A stretch of DNA of 16,855 bases from the NCBI GenBank assembly GCA_964597345.1, contig CAZQXK010000077.1:668-17522 (forward strand), given 5' to 3'. Position numbers and translations under genes: made by a program. The DNA comes from an uncultured Thermodesulfobacteriota bacterium. GTDB taxonomy: Bacteria > Desulfobacterota > Desulfarculia > JACQYL01. Positions 1 through 8,531 of this stretch are shown here, one piece after another. Each line of letters opens with the position of its first letter. The stretch's first letter is position 1. The notes beneath the pieces were generated by a model that had not been told where the DNA came from, made no database searches, and saw only the letters and a list, made by a program, of their open reading frames with translations.

Positions 1-127
1 CGTGTACCCGGCGCTCGGTTTCCTTCAAATCCATCTCATTGCCTCCGGAAAGTACGCGTATTGAGTTGCCGGGATCTTCCCCGAAGCCTCCTATGAATCA
101 GTGTATGGAGCCATGGTCCTCGCGTCA

Positions 128-156
128 AGGAGATCCGTCGGGGAGATCCGTCGGGA
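128..156. repeat. Tandem direct repeat GGAGATCCGTCGG x2 immediately 3' of the 170..1438 gene
   Basis: aaGGAGATCCGTCGGGGAGATCCGTCGGGagg read directly at 129-156. Two adjacent 13-bp copies. Confidence 0.5.
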
Positions 157-169
157 GGCGAAGACGACG

Positions 170-1438
170 TCACAGTCCCTTCCCCAACCGGAGGGAGGCC
201 AGGGGAAGCCCCGCCAGGCTTTCCGCGTGGTACAAGTCCCTCCCCACGGGCTCGAAGGGGATGAACAGCAGCGCGGTGTTCGTGGTCTTTATTTGCATGT
301 CGGGCAGGAGGGGAAAGACGGTTCTTTTGGCCACCGCCATGGAGGCCAGGATGATCTTCAAGGATTCCACCGCCTCCGAAAGGGGCAACGTCACGGGCTT
401 GGGAGGAGAGGCGGGCCATGTGTTCTCAGGACCGGGTTCGGGCTGAAACGCGGTGAGGCGCCGGGACAATCGCAGGAATACGTGAGGGGGTGCTTTGAAC
501 GCCGGAACGTAAAAGCAGACCGGTTGTTCGTCCCACAAGGCTTCCACCCTGCGCGTCAGGTTCAGCCGACGAACCAGGTCCCCCTGGGTCCGGACTTCCG
601 GGTTCCGGATGTCCGCTTCGATTCTCCAGAAAGGCAACGCGGCGCCCCGGGAAGCGCCCCCGGGAGAAGCACCCACGGAGATTGGAAGCAGGTTTTCGCG
701 GTGGGCTTCCCAGGCGGATCGGCAATGGCTGCACAGAAGCACGCAACTATCGGATGCTCCTTGCAGGTCGCCCCCGCACCGGGGGCAGAGGGCCGGCAAA
801 AAGCGGATATCCCACCGGCTCCGGTCTTCGGCGGATGCCTGCGTCTCCTCGAGTTCGGACGGGGATGCCCCTATGGGAGTGTCCGTGACGGCGTCGAACA
901 CACGATTCTGCTTGAGCGTGAACGGCGCATAAATGAGACTCAAGGTTTCGCCTACCAGCACGCTGCACAGCAAGGGATCCAAGATGTCCGAATCCGGCGA
1001 AGGTTGGGCGTAGACGTCGAGAGCCTCCCGAAACGACTGCTCTGGTTTCAGAAAATGTCCGGGCGTCTGCGGCGTGGCGAAGGTGAGTTTCAAGGTCCCG
1101 GGTCGTAATCCCAGAGAAGAGGGAAAGCCCCCCAAAGGTCCGGCGTATCGGCTGGTGTCCACGATTCGGTGGGTGACGCCGCTGCGCGTTCGGGCGTCGA
1201 ATCGAACTCCTTTGAACCGCCAGTAGGGAACGTAGACAGGCGCTTCTTTAAGGGACGGGGCCGGGGAAAGGTGCATGCGGAAGAAACTCTTGGAAGTCAC
1301 CACCAGCGTCACCCGGCAGTAGGCGCACGAAAGCACCCGGTCCGTTTCCCGGAGGACGATGGGGGCGCCGCACTGGCGGCACCGCCCGTGGATGCGCCAG
1401 CTAGAGCTTTTCACCGCAATGATTGCAGTATACGGCAT
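170..1438 (-). CDS. Multi-zinc-ribbon protein (422 aa), function unknown. Co-transcribed partner of the SPFH protein, possibly analogous to B. subtilis YdjG.
   Basis: Long minus-strand ORF. N-terminal CRQCG...CAYCR and central CPRCGG...CSHCR Cys pairs fit zinc ribbons. Its ATG overlaps the upstream SPFH gene stop by 38 bp (both minus strand), suggesting translational coupling. The plus-strand ORF on the same DNA (101..1108) is R/G-rich and looks like an antisense artefact. Confidence 0.6.
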   Translation of the reverse strand: MPYTAIIAVKSSSWRIHGRCRQCGAPIVLRETDRVLSCAYCRVTLVVTSKSFFRMHLSPAPSLKEAPVYVPYWRFKGVRFDARTRSGVTHRIVDTSRYAGPLGGFPSSLGLRPGTLKLTFATPQTPGHFLKPEQSFREALDVYAQPSPDSDILDPLLCSVLVGETLSLIYAPFTLKQNRVFDAVTDTPIGASPSELEETQASAEDRSRWDIRFLPALCPRCGGDLQGASDSCVLLCSHCRSAWEAHRENLLPISVGASPGGASRGAALPFWRIEADIRNPEVRTQGDLVRRLNLTRRVEALWDEQPVCFYVPAFKAPPHVFLRLSRRLTAFQPEPGPENTWPASPPKPVTLPLSEAVESLKIILASMAVAKRTVFPLLPDMQIKTTNTALLFIPFEPVGRDLYHAESLAGLPLASLRLGKGL

Positions 1439-2516
1439 CGAACAGATTTTCGACGCCGCATGCGGCGCACCTCTTGGCCGGGGGAACTTCCTCCACCCGA
1501 AGACCGCATCGGGAGCAGAACCGGGCGTTGGGGGGCAGGTTTTTCCCGCATTGGAGGCACTGGCTGAATACGATCAATTGGTGGCCGCATTGAGGACAAA
1601 ACGTGTCGTCTCGGGAAACGGTCCCGCCGCATTCCGGGCATTTCAAGGAGTCGGGAGCCGAAGCCCGGTCCGGTTTGAAATAGTCCGCAAACAGTGCGGG
1701 CATCATGAAGCCGAGTCCCATACCCAGGGCGGACCCCGCTCCGTCGGGGCTTTCAGAACTCTTCTCCAGGGCCATGGCCGCCTTCATCTTGAGCAGGCGG
1801 TTCAGGTCGTCGAATACGCTCATCCGGCTCTTGTCGTCAATGGCTTTCTGGACTTCGGGGGGAGGGGTGACGGCATTGATGTACAGGCCGGTAAGGGCCA
1901 GGCCGAAATGGGAGAAGTCCTGCTGGAGTCGTGTTTGAAGTCCCCGGGAAAGATCGTCGTACCGGCCGGGGAGGTTTGTCAACGTGTCCAGATGTTCGCC
2001 CATATGGTCATTGAACCGGGATACGATGACCTGGCTCAGGTATTCTTCGATCTCATCCGTGGTGAACATACCCTGGGTGCCCACCAGACGGTTGATCAGC
2101 AGCAGGGGTTGCACGATGCGGATATTGAAGACTCCGAAAGCCCGCAGCCGCAAGAGGCCCAGTTCCTGATCCCTGAACGCCACAGGGTCCCGGGTTCCCC
2201 ATTTCAGGTTGGTAAAGGTCTTCAGGTTGGCGAACCAGGTTTCCGCCCGGAGGGGGCTGGTGGCTCCCCACGGAATGGCGAGGATCTTGGTGAGAATCGG
2301 AATGTTCGCCGTGATCAGGGTGTGTCGGCCCGGCCGGAAGGCATGAATGGCCTTGCCGTTGTAAAAGAAGACGGCCGCCTGACTTTCCCGCACGATGAGC
2401 TGGGCGCCGAACTTGATTTCTCCGGAACCTTCTTCCGGAATACGATGTACGATTTCCCGGCCCGACTCGTCGAACCATTCGATGACTTCCAGGAATACCA
2501 CGTTGTTTGTACCCAT
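1401..2516 (-). CDS. SPFH/band-7 (stomatin-prohibitin-flotillin) domain protein with C-terminal double zinc ribbon (COG4260, 'virion core protein-like', B. subtilis YdjI-like)
   Basis: The translation VVFLEVIEWFDESGREIV...GKAIHAFRPGRHTL... matches the conserved N-terminus of YdjI-type SPFH proteins. The C-terminus carries CPECGG...CPQCGH, CLQCGK...CSRCG and CAACG...CNHCG ribbons. The ORF is open from 2585, but the ATG at 2516 (MGTNNVVF...) places the start ~9 aa before the conserved VIEW motif as in homologues. The start is uncertain between 2516 and 2585. Confidence 0.75.
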   Translation of the reverse strand: MGTNNVVFLEVIEWFDESGREIVHRIPEEGSGEIKFGAQLIVRESQAAVFFYNGKAIHAFRPGRHTLITANIPILTKILAIPWGATSPLRAETWFANLKTFTNLKWGTRDPVAFRDQELGLLRLRAFGVFNIRIVQPLLLINRLVGTQGMFTTDEIEEYLSQVIVSRFNDHMGEHLDTLTNLPGRYDDLSRGLQTRLQQDFSHFGLALTGLYINAVTPPPEVQKAIDDKSRMSVFDDLNRLLKMKAAMALEKSSESPDGAGSALGMGLGFMMPALFADYFKPDRASAPDSLKCPECGGTVSRDDTFCPQCGHQLIVFSQCLQCGKNLPPNARFCSRCGLRVEEVPPAKRCAACGVENLFDAVYCNHCGEKL

Positions 2517-2881
2517 GGGCGCTGCGTGTTCCTTTCCGGGATCCGGTCGTGTGAAGTCGCGGGCGGGTCCCTTCCGGCGATTCATGTCGAGGGTTAACGA
2601 TGTAAAGCCCGATTCAAATGCGGAAACACCTTCGTTTTTTATCGGTCGGTGGGTCGAATGGCTTAATATTTAGATTTTCCCTGTCTTCGGGACTGCGTAC
2701 CCGGTCCATCCTGAATGACGCGGCGCTCGGCGCCGGCAAGAACCGCCGGGAGGATATTTCGTTGGAGTTCCCGCAGAGTTGCGGTACATTGGATACGAGA
2801 AGAGCGGTTGCGGCCCGTCGGCCATGGCGCGCGGGGTTTCGTGTCTTCTGTATACTCCTCGGGAAATAGGTCCGGTTCCGT

Positions 2882-4240
2882 ATGAGACGCCTGCATGCCC
2901 GTTTGAAACCCACTACCTGGACGATCCTGGCGTTCGCTGTCCTGATTTCGGTGGGTACGGGCCTTCTGATGCTGCCCGCGGCGTCCGGGGGCCGCCCGCT
3001 GGGGTTTGCGGACGCTCTGTTCACGTCCACTTCCGCTTCCTGCGTCACGGGTCTCGTGGTGGTGGACACGGGAACGGATCTCAGCCGGTTCGGTCAATGG
3101 GTGGTCTTATGCCTCATTCAAGCGGGCGGTTTAGGGATCATGACCCTATCCACGGTGTTCTTACTCCTGACCGGGCGGCGGCTGAGCATGTCCGGCCGGT
3201 ACGTTCTTCTGGACACGTTCACGCACAGCGGAGAAACCGGGCTCCGGGAATTGCTGCTGGACATCGTACGATTCACGTTCCTGCTGGAAGCTTTGGGCGC
3301 CTGCCTGCTGTTTGCGGCGTTTCTGCCCGGGCGTACCGTTGGAGAAGCGGCGTACTATTCCGTGTTCCATTCCGTGAGCGCCTTCTGCAATGCCGGGTTC
3401 AGCCTGTTTTCAACGAGTTTCGAGCAATTCCGCGGGAACTGGATCGTGAATCTGGTTTCGGCCCTGCTGATTGTAGCGGGGGGGTTGGGCTTTCTGGTTC
3501 TTTCGGAACTGCGCCGAAAGAAGCCCTTGGACCGGAGGGCCTGGTCCCGGCTCAGCCTGCATTCCCGGTTGGTGCTCACCACCACGGCCATTCTCCTGTT
3601 GGGGGGAACCGCGTTGATCCTCCTGATGGAATGGCGGAACACCCTGGTTTCCATGCGTTGGCCCGAACGGATCCTGGCCGCCTTCTATCAATCCATGACG
3701 GCGCGGACGGCGGGATTCAACACCCTGCCCACGGGTTCACTGACGGACGAAACGCTTTTCCTGCTGATTCTGCTCATGTTCATCGGTGCTTCACCCGGAT
3801 CCTGCGGTGGAGGAATCAAGACCACCACCTTTGCGACGCTTTTTGTGTTGGGGCGTTCCCGATACCTCGGGTTTCGACGGGCCCAGGTGTTCGCCCGATC
3901 CATTCCGGATGAAAACGTGGGGCGTGCGGCGGGCGTGGTCATGATGAGTTTCGTCCTCGTGGCGGCGGCCACCCTGGGTTTGCTCATGTCCGAATTCGAA
4001 GGAATTCCGCACCCGCAGAACGCCGGGCGTTTCCTGGAGACGCTGTTCGAGGTGGTGAGCGCCTACTGCACCGTGGGGCTGTCCACGGGCATGACGGGGG
4101 ACCTGACCCCCATGGGGAAGTTCCTGCTCAGCGGCGTCATGTTCGTGGGCCGCCTGGGTCCTCTTATGGTGGCCGTGGCCCTGATGCACGACAAGGCGGA
4201 AGACTTCTACTATGCGGAAGAGAGCATCATGATCGGATGA
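2882..4240 (+). CDS. trkH: TrkH/KtrB-family potassium uptake transporter (membrane subunit)
   Basis: 452-aa polytopic membrane protein with TrkH-type repeated pore-loop segments (SCVTGLVVVDTG, FCNAGFSL, GFNTLPTGSLTDET, SPGSCGGGIKTTTF). It is immediately followed by a trkA-type gene. Confidence 0.9.
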   Translation: MRRLHARLKPTTWTILAFAVLISVGTGLLMLPAASGGRPLGFADALFTSTSASCVTGLVVVDTGTDLSRFGQWVVLCLIQAGGLGIMTLSTVFLLLTGRRLSMSGRYVLLDTFTHSGETGLRELLLDIVRFTFLLEALGACLLFAAFLPGRTVGEAAYYSVFHSVSAFCNAGFSLFSTSFEQFRGNWIVNLVSALLIVAGGLGFLVLSELRRKKPLDRRAWSRLSLHSRLVLTTTAILLLGGTALILLMEWRNTLVSMRWPERILAAFYQSMTARTAGFNTLPTGSLTDETLFLLILLMFIGASPGSCGGGIKTTTFATLFVLGRSRYLGFRRAQVFARSIPDENVGRAAGVVMMSFVLVAAATLGLLMSEFEGIPHPQNAGRFLETLFEVVSAYCTVGLSTGMTGDLTPMGKFLLSGVMFVGRLGPLMVAVALMHDKAEDFYYAEESIMIG

Positions 4241-4247
4241 GGGATGT

Positions 4248-4907
4248 ATGAAACAGTTTGCCGTAGTGGGCGTGGGGTTGTTCGGTGCTTATCTGGCCAC
4301 CCACCTGTACGAAAAAGGTCATGAGGTTCTGGCCGTGGATTCCAATCCGGCTCGGGTGCAGGCCGTCAAAGATCGGGTCACCCGGGCCGCCGTGGCCGAC
4401 GGGACGGACCGGGCCGTGCTGGAAGCTCTCGGCGCGGGCGGGATGGATGCCGCGGTGGTGTGTATCGGCGCCGATATGGGCCACTCCATTCTCACCACGC
4501 TCAATCTCAAGGAGATCGGTGTAAAGCGGGTCCTGGCTCGGGCCACCACGGAAGCACACGGCCGCATTCTGAAAAGGATCGGGGCCGACGAGGTCTTCTT
4601 TCCGGAAAAGGACCTGGCGTTGTCGCTGGGAGAGCGGCTTCACAACCCGAATCTGCTGGATTATCTGCCCTTGATCACCGGCTATGGTATTGTGGAGATC
4701 ACACCTCCTGAGGAATTCGCGGGTAAGACCTTGCGGGAACTGGATTTGACCAATCGGTACGGGATCCAGGTCATCGCCGTCAAGAAGACCGTCCCGGAAG
4801 ATGTCCTCATGGCGCCCAAGGCCCAATACCGGGTGGAATCCGGGGACCTGTTGATTCTCTTTGGGCCCGACGACAGCCTGGGCGAGTTACGGGCGCGGGA
4901 GACCTGA
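4248..4907 (+). CDS. trkA: TrkA/KtrA-type K+ transport regulatory protein (NAD-binding TrkA-N plus TrkA-C domains)
   Basis: MKQFAVVGVGLFGAYLATHL Rossmann GxGxxG N-terminus and a C-terminal TrkA-C-like segment (GKTLRELDL...VIAVKK). RBS GAGGGA lies 7 nt upstream and the gene starts 8 nt after the trkH stop. The 219-aa size fits the single N+C KtrA-type rather than the double-length E. coli TrkA. Confidence 0.9.
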   Translation: MKQFAVVGVGLFGAYLATHLYEKGHEVLAVDSNPARVQAVKDRVTRAAVADGTDRAVLEALGAGGMDAAVVCIGADMGHSILTTLNLKEIGVKRVLARATTEAHGRILKRIGADEVFFPEKDLALSLGERLHNPNLLDYLPLITGYGIVEITPPEEFAGKTLRELDLTNRYGIQVIAVKKTVPEDVLMAPKAQYRVESGDLLILFGPDDSLGELRARET

Positions 4908-5257
4908 TGCGCCGTTCGTTTCATCCGGTCTTCCGGAGCGGGATCCGGAACCATGCCTTACGTCCGGGGTCGGTGAGGTCTATCCACTGCAGGATTTCTT
5001 CCTCGGCCTTTCCTCGCTTTCGGTTTCCCGGCGTTCCGGACCGCCTGCCGGCAAGAGCGGGCTTTTTCGCGTCGGCGCAGCGGAGGGACGGGAATCAACG
5101 TTGACGGTGGGAGGAGCCACCGGCTATTCTGGAAAGAGGCGTGCAGGAAGAGGGTTCCGCGCCGTCTCGACTTTTTTGCAGGGCCGGGACCCCGGCGGGT
5201 AATGGCCGTGTTGGCGGGAAACCATGAACCATCACACCACCGAAGGGGGAATCCGTC

Positions 5258-7072
5258 ATGCGGAAACACGGTATCCTTGCGGCGTTGATGGGGCTCCTGG
5301 CGTTCTGGTGTTTTTCGATACCGGGGGCCCGGGGCATGGATGGTCTATTTTTCTACGATAACGTTTTCAGCCTGTCCGGCGGAAACGCCACTCCAATGAA
5401 CGGCCTCTTGGATTCCGGAGCCGTGGACGGCATCTGGAAGGACGCCGGTCCCACCATGAATTTTTATGTGCAGACCTATGCGCCGGGATCGGTTCTGGTG
5501 ATCGCCACGCCGGATCTGGGGACGTTCTACGTATTTCTGGACGACGATGTCTCGGACGGGATAGACGCGTTCGACCTGGCGGGCCGGGGGCATCATTTGA
5601 CCATGACGTTCCTTTCGGAGACCCAGGCTTCGGCCGTCATGACCCCGGCGGGGCTTCCCGCCCAGGAATACTCCATTACCCAGGAATTCGGCATATGGAC
5701 CGAAGTTCTGTATGACGGCATCTGGAAGTCGCCCTCGTGCGAATTTCCCGCGATGAATTACTACGTGCAGACGTACGGCACCGGTTCCGCCATCGCCATC
5801 GTCACCGAAAATCTGGAGGAGATCCGGGTGTTCCTGGAATCCGACATGGCTTCCGGATTCGATGCACCAGAGCTTTCCGGCAAGCCGTACCGCCTGATGT
5901 TGGGTTTCGACGCGCTACCTCCTCCCGACGCCCAGCCCATGGCCCGGTGTTTTGCCGCGCCCTATGGTACGACGGCCGGCGGTCTGACGGGATACGCTTC
6001 CCTGGTCTCCTGGACACCTGATGCATGCGATGTGGATGCCGACACGGTCGAACAATGGCTCGAAAGCATAGGGGGGCCGTTAGACGTGTTGACGGGTATG
6101 CCGAACAGCGTGTTGGACATCATGCTGGCGGTTGTTCAGGGTCTCCTGGGCGGTGGGGAAGAGACCTCCTGCCCTCTGATGACCGTTGCTCCCCCCTTCG
6201 ATCTGTCGTGGTTGCTCTTTCCTCCGTCCGTCATCGATGTTTCGGTGGACTTCGGGTCGGGATGCACGTTCCAGGACGAAACCTATTCCGGTTCCATGAT
6301 CCTTCAGATAACGGGATTCGGCATCGCGTTTGAACCCACCGTCGAAATGACCGGCGCTTTTTCGGCCGCGTTCACCGACTTGAAAGGGGAATCCGCGACC
6401 CATGCGCTTAATGGGACCGTGTCCGGGAATCTTCAGATGGGGCTGGAGGAACTGAGCGAATCCGGGGTCGGAGGGGTCACGGCCCTCATCGACATTACAT
6501 CCTCGGACGTGACTTTAGGCAACCACACCCTCACGGGAGGCAGCACGATTTCGTTTTCTCTGTCCTCCCTGACCGGAGCGGGGCAGGTTTCGGCGCTAAT
6601 AACCTCTTCTTCGTTGGTTTTTGACGGCAAGCCGGTTTCGGGCAGCCTCGGCCTCGACGGTTCGATCGAGGAGATTTCGGAGGAAGAGAGTTACATCGAC
6701 CTGGACCTGACGTTCGACCACTTCGGATCCCCGGATTTGATGTTGAACGGAACGGGAACCGTCCAGGGAACGTTAGGATCCACGAGCACTCTGGATCTAG
6801 CGATGGAAGCCACCGGCACGGATGCCGCCGGATCCAGGCCCATCCAGGTGTACATGACGCTGTTGCAGTCGCCGACTGAGGCGATTCTGAACACCACTCC
6901 CGGTCCGACCAGCATCTGGGGCAATGCCGTCGTGACCATGGAGGACGTTATCCTGGCGACCGCGGAGGTGTGCGATTATCCTACGAGTGGGCTGATTCTG
7001 TTTCAGTGCCCGGGATTGCCGCCGACGTCCGTGACTTTCCAGGGCTGCCATACCCCTCCCGTAATCCAGTAA
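5258..7072 (+). CDS. Secreted protein of unknown function (604 aa) with an N-terminal signal peptide, an internal tandem duplicated ~85-aa domain and a Ser/Thr/Gly-rich C-terminal region
   Basis: RBS AAGGGGGA precedes the ATG. The signal peptide is MRKHGILAALMGLLAFWCFSIPGARG. The two repeat units are DGIWKDAGPTMNFYVQTYAPGSVLVIATPDLGTFYVFLDDDVSDGIDAFDLAG... and DGIWKSPSCEFPAMNYYVQTYGTGSAIAIVTENLEEIRVFLESDMASGFDAPELSG.... I recognise no known family. Confidence 0.7.
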   Translation: MRKHGILAALMGLLAFWCFSIPGARGMDGLFFYDNVFSLSGGNATPMNGLLDSGAVDGIWKDAGPTMNFYVQTYAPGSVLVIATPDLGTFYVFLDDDVSDGIDAFDLAGRGHHLTMTFLSETQASAVMTPAGLPAQEYSITQEFGIWTEVLYDGIWKSPSCEFPAMNYYVQTYGTGSAIAIVTENLEEIRVFLESDMASGFDAPELSGKPYRLMLGFDALPPPDAQPMARCFAAPYGTTAGGLTGYASLVSWTPDACDVDADTVEQWLESIGGPLDVLTGMPNSVLDIMLAVVQGLLGGGEETSCPLMTVAPPFDLSWLLFPPSVIDVSVDFGSGCTFQDETYSGSMILQITGFGIAFEPTVEMTGAFSAAFTDLKGESATHALNGTVSGNLQMGLEELSESGVGGVTALIDITSSDVTLGNHTLTGGSTISFSLSSLTGAGQVSALITSSSLVFDGKPVSGSLGLDGSIEEISEEESYIDLDLTFDHFGSPDLMLNGTGTVQGTLGSTSTLDLAMEATGTDAAGSRPIQVYMTLLQSPTEAILNTTPGPTSIWGNAVVTMEDVILATAEVCDYPTSGLILFQCPGLPPTSVTFQGCHTPPVIQ

Positions 7073-7077
7073 CGCGT

Positions 7078-7103
7078 TGGGGACCCTTCTTCCGAAGGGT
7101 CCC
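7078..7103. terminator. Perfect 11-bp-stem GC-rich hairpin between convergent genes (candidate bidirectional terminator, no U-tract)
   Basis: GGGGACCCTTC-TTCC-GAAGGGTCCCC lies 6 nt after the stop of the 5258..7072 gene and 45 nt from the stop of the convergent 7149..8531 gene. No T-run follows on either strand. Confidence 0.45.
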
Positions 7104-7148
7104 CGATCTACCCGCGCCATCAGCCCCTGGAATGGTTAAACGCCGGAA

Positions 7149-8531
7149 TCATTTCACCTTGAGTTCGTCTATCTCGTATTTCTTGAGTTTACGCCAGAGG
7201 CTGGTCCGGGGAATGCCCAAGATCTTGGCGGCGCGAACCTTGTTGTAATTAGTGGCCTCCAGCACCCTGATGATATGCGCTTTTTCCTGCTCCGCCATAC
7301 TGCTCAGGGTATCCTGCGAAATGGAGTCCACCTCCAGTAATCTCAGGTCATCGGGCAGATCGTCCGCTCCAATATGCTTCTTTTCACCCATGGCGACGGC
7401 GCTGCAGATCATGTGGTCCAACTCTCGAACATTGCCCGGAAAGGGATAGCGCATCAGGATGTCCATGGCCTGCCGGGTAAAACCTTCGAAGGCTTTATGA
7501 TACAACTGATTGTAAAAGCGCAGGAAATGCTCGGCCAACAGAGGGATGTCCTGTCTGCGTTCGCGCAACGGCGGGGTGCGGATCACCACCACCTTGAGTC
7601 GAAAAAACAGGTCCTCACGGAAGCGGCCGGCGCGCACCTCATGTTCCAGGTCTTTGTTGGTGGCTGAGATTAGCCGGATATCCAGGGGTACCGGCTTGTT
7701 CCCGCCCACGCGCAGCAGTTTTCTTTCCTGGAGCACGCGAAGTAACTTGACCTGTGTGGCGAGGGCCATTTCGCCGATTTCATCCAGGAAAACCGTGCCG
7801 CCTTGAGCCACCTCCAGCAGCCCGGGCTTGAAGCCGTCGGCGCCGGTAAAGGCCCCTTTCTCGTGTCCGAACAGCTCGTTGGCGATGAGATCTTCCGCAA
7901 AGCCGCCGCAGTTGAATCCTACGAACGGGCTGTTTTTCCGGGGGCTTCCATTATGAATGGCCCGGGCCACCAGTTCCTTGCCTGTACCGCTCTCACCGTG
8001 AATCAGCACGTTGCAATCGATTTTCGCCACCTTATTGATGGCTTTGATCAGTTCCCGAATGTGGGGACTGATGCCCAGAATTTCCCGGGTGTGATCCTTT
8101 TTGAGCAGTTCCTGTTTAAGCTGCTTGTTTTCGGTGAGCAGGGCGATTTTCTCCGCGACCCGTTGCAGGGTGGACAGGATCTTTTCGGGGGTAAGCGGCT
8201 TTTCGATATAATCAAAGGCCCCGAGTTTGATGGCGTTAACCGCATCGTCTATCGCCGCGTAGCCGGTGAACAAAATGACCTCGGTTTCGGGAAAGCGCGA
8301 CTTGATGCGTTCCAGCAGCTCCATACCGGTCAATTGAGGCATGCGGATGTCGCTCATCACGATGTTGAAAGCGCCCGCGGCCATACGCTGGAGCACCTGA
8401 GCGGGATTTTCGAACAGTTCCACGCGGTATCCATGGCGATTCAGGATTCGGCCGATTTGCCGGAGTGCGACGGATTCGTCGTCGACGACGGCTACCTTCA
8501 AGGCGGTGGCGGGCGCCGGGATGGATTTCAC
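7149..8531 (-). CDS. Sigma-54-dependent response regulator / enhancer-binding protein (NtrC family: REC + AAA+ sigma54-activation + Fis-type HTH)
   Basis: A receiver N-terminus (VAVVDDE, D pocket, KP) is followed by GESGTGKELVARAIH (Walker A), the GAFTGA motif, the conserved ...RELDHMICSAVAM segment and a C-terminal HTH (NYNKVRAAKILGIPRTSLWRKLKKY). The GTG start overlaps the upstream kinase stop (GTGA) and has a GGGGGA RBS. Confidence 0.9.
   Translation of the reverse strand: MKSIPAPATALKVAVVDDESVALRQIGRILNRHGYRVELFENPAQVLQRMAAGAFNIVMSDIRMPQLTGMELLERIKSRFPETEVILFTGYAAIDDAVNAIKLGAFDYIEKPLTPEKILSTLQRVAEKIALLTENKQLKQELLKKDHTREILGISPHIRELIKAINKVAKIDCNVLIHGESGTGKELVARAIHNGSPRKNSPFVGFNCGGFAEDLIANELFGHEKGAFTGADGFKPGLLEVAQGGTVFLDEIGEMALATQVKLLRVLQERKLLRVGGNKPVPLDIRLISATNKDLEHEVRAGRFREDLFFRLKVVVIRTPPLRERRQDIPLLAEHFLRFYNQLYHKAFEGFTRQAMDILMRYPFPGNVRELDHMICSAVAMGEKKHIGADDLPDDLRLLEVDSISQDTLSSMAEQEKAHIIRVLEATNYNKVRAAKILGIPRTSLWRKLKKYEIDELKVK

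Noticed and set aside
101-1108. 335-aa plus-strand ORF
   Set aside because: Arg/Gly/Pro-rich low-complexity translation, typical of an antisense frame in high-GC DNA. It lies entirely opposite the zinc-ribbon gene, which has clear CxxC architecture.
1359-2597. 412-aa plus-strand ORF
   Set aside because: It is antisense to the SPFH gene, whose translation has recognisable SPFH and zinc-ribbon motifs. The plus-strand product has no motifs and a biased composition.
2779-3912. 377-aa plus-strand ORF overlapping trkH in another frame
   Set aside because: Arg/Gly/His-rich artefact. The trkH frame gives a convincing polytopic membrane protein.
4931-4950. Hairpin TTCCGGA-GCGGGA-TCCGGAA after trkA as a terminator
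   Set aside because: It has a 7-bp stem but no downstream T-tract. Confidence is too low to list as a feature.
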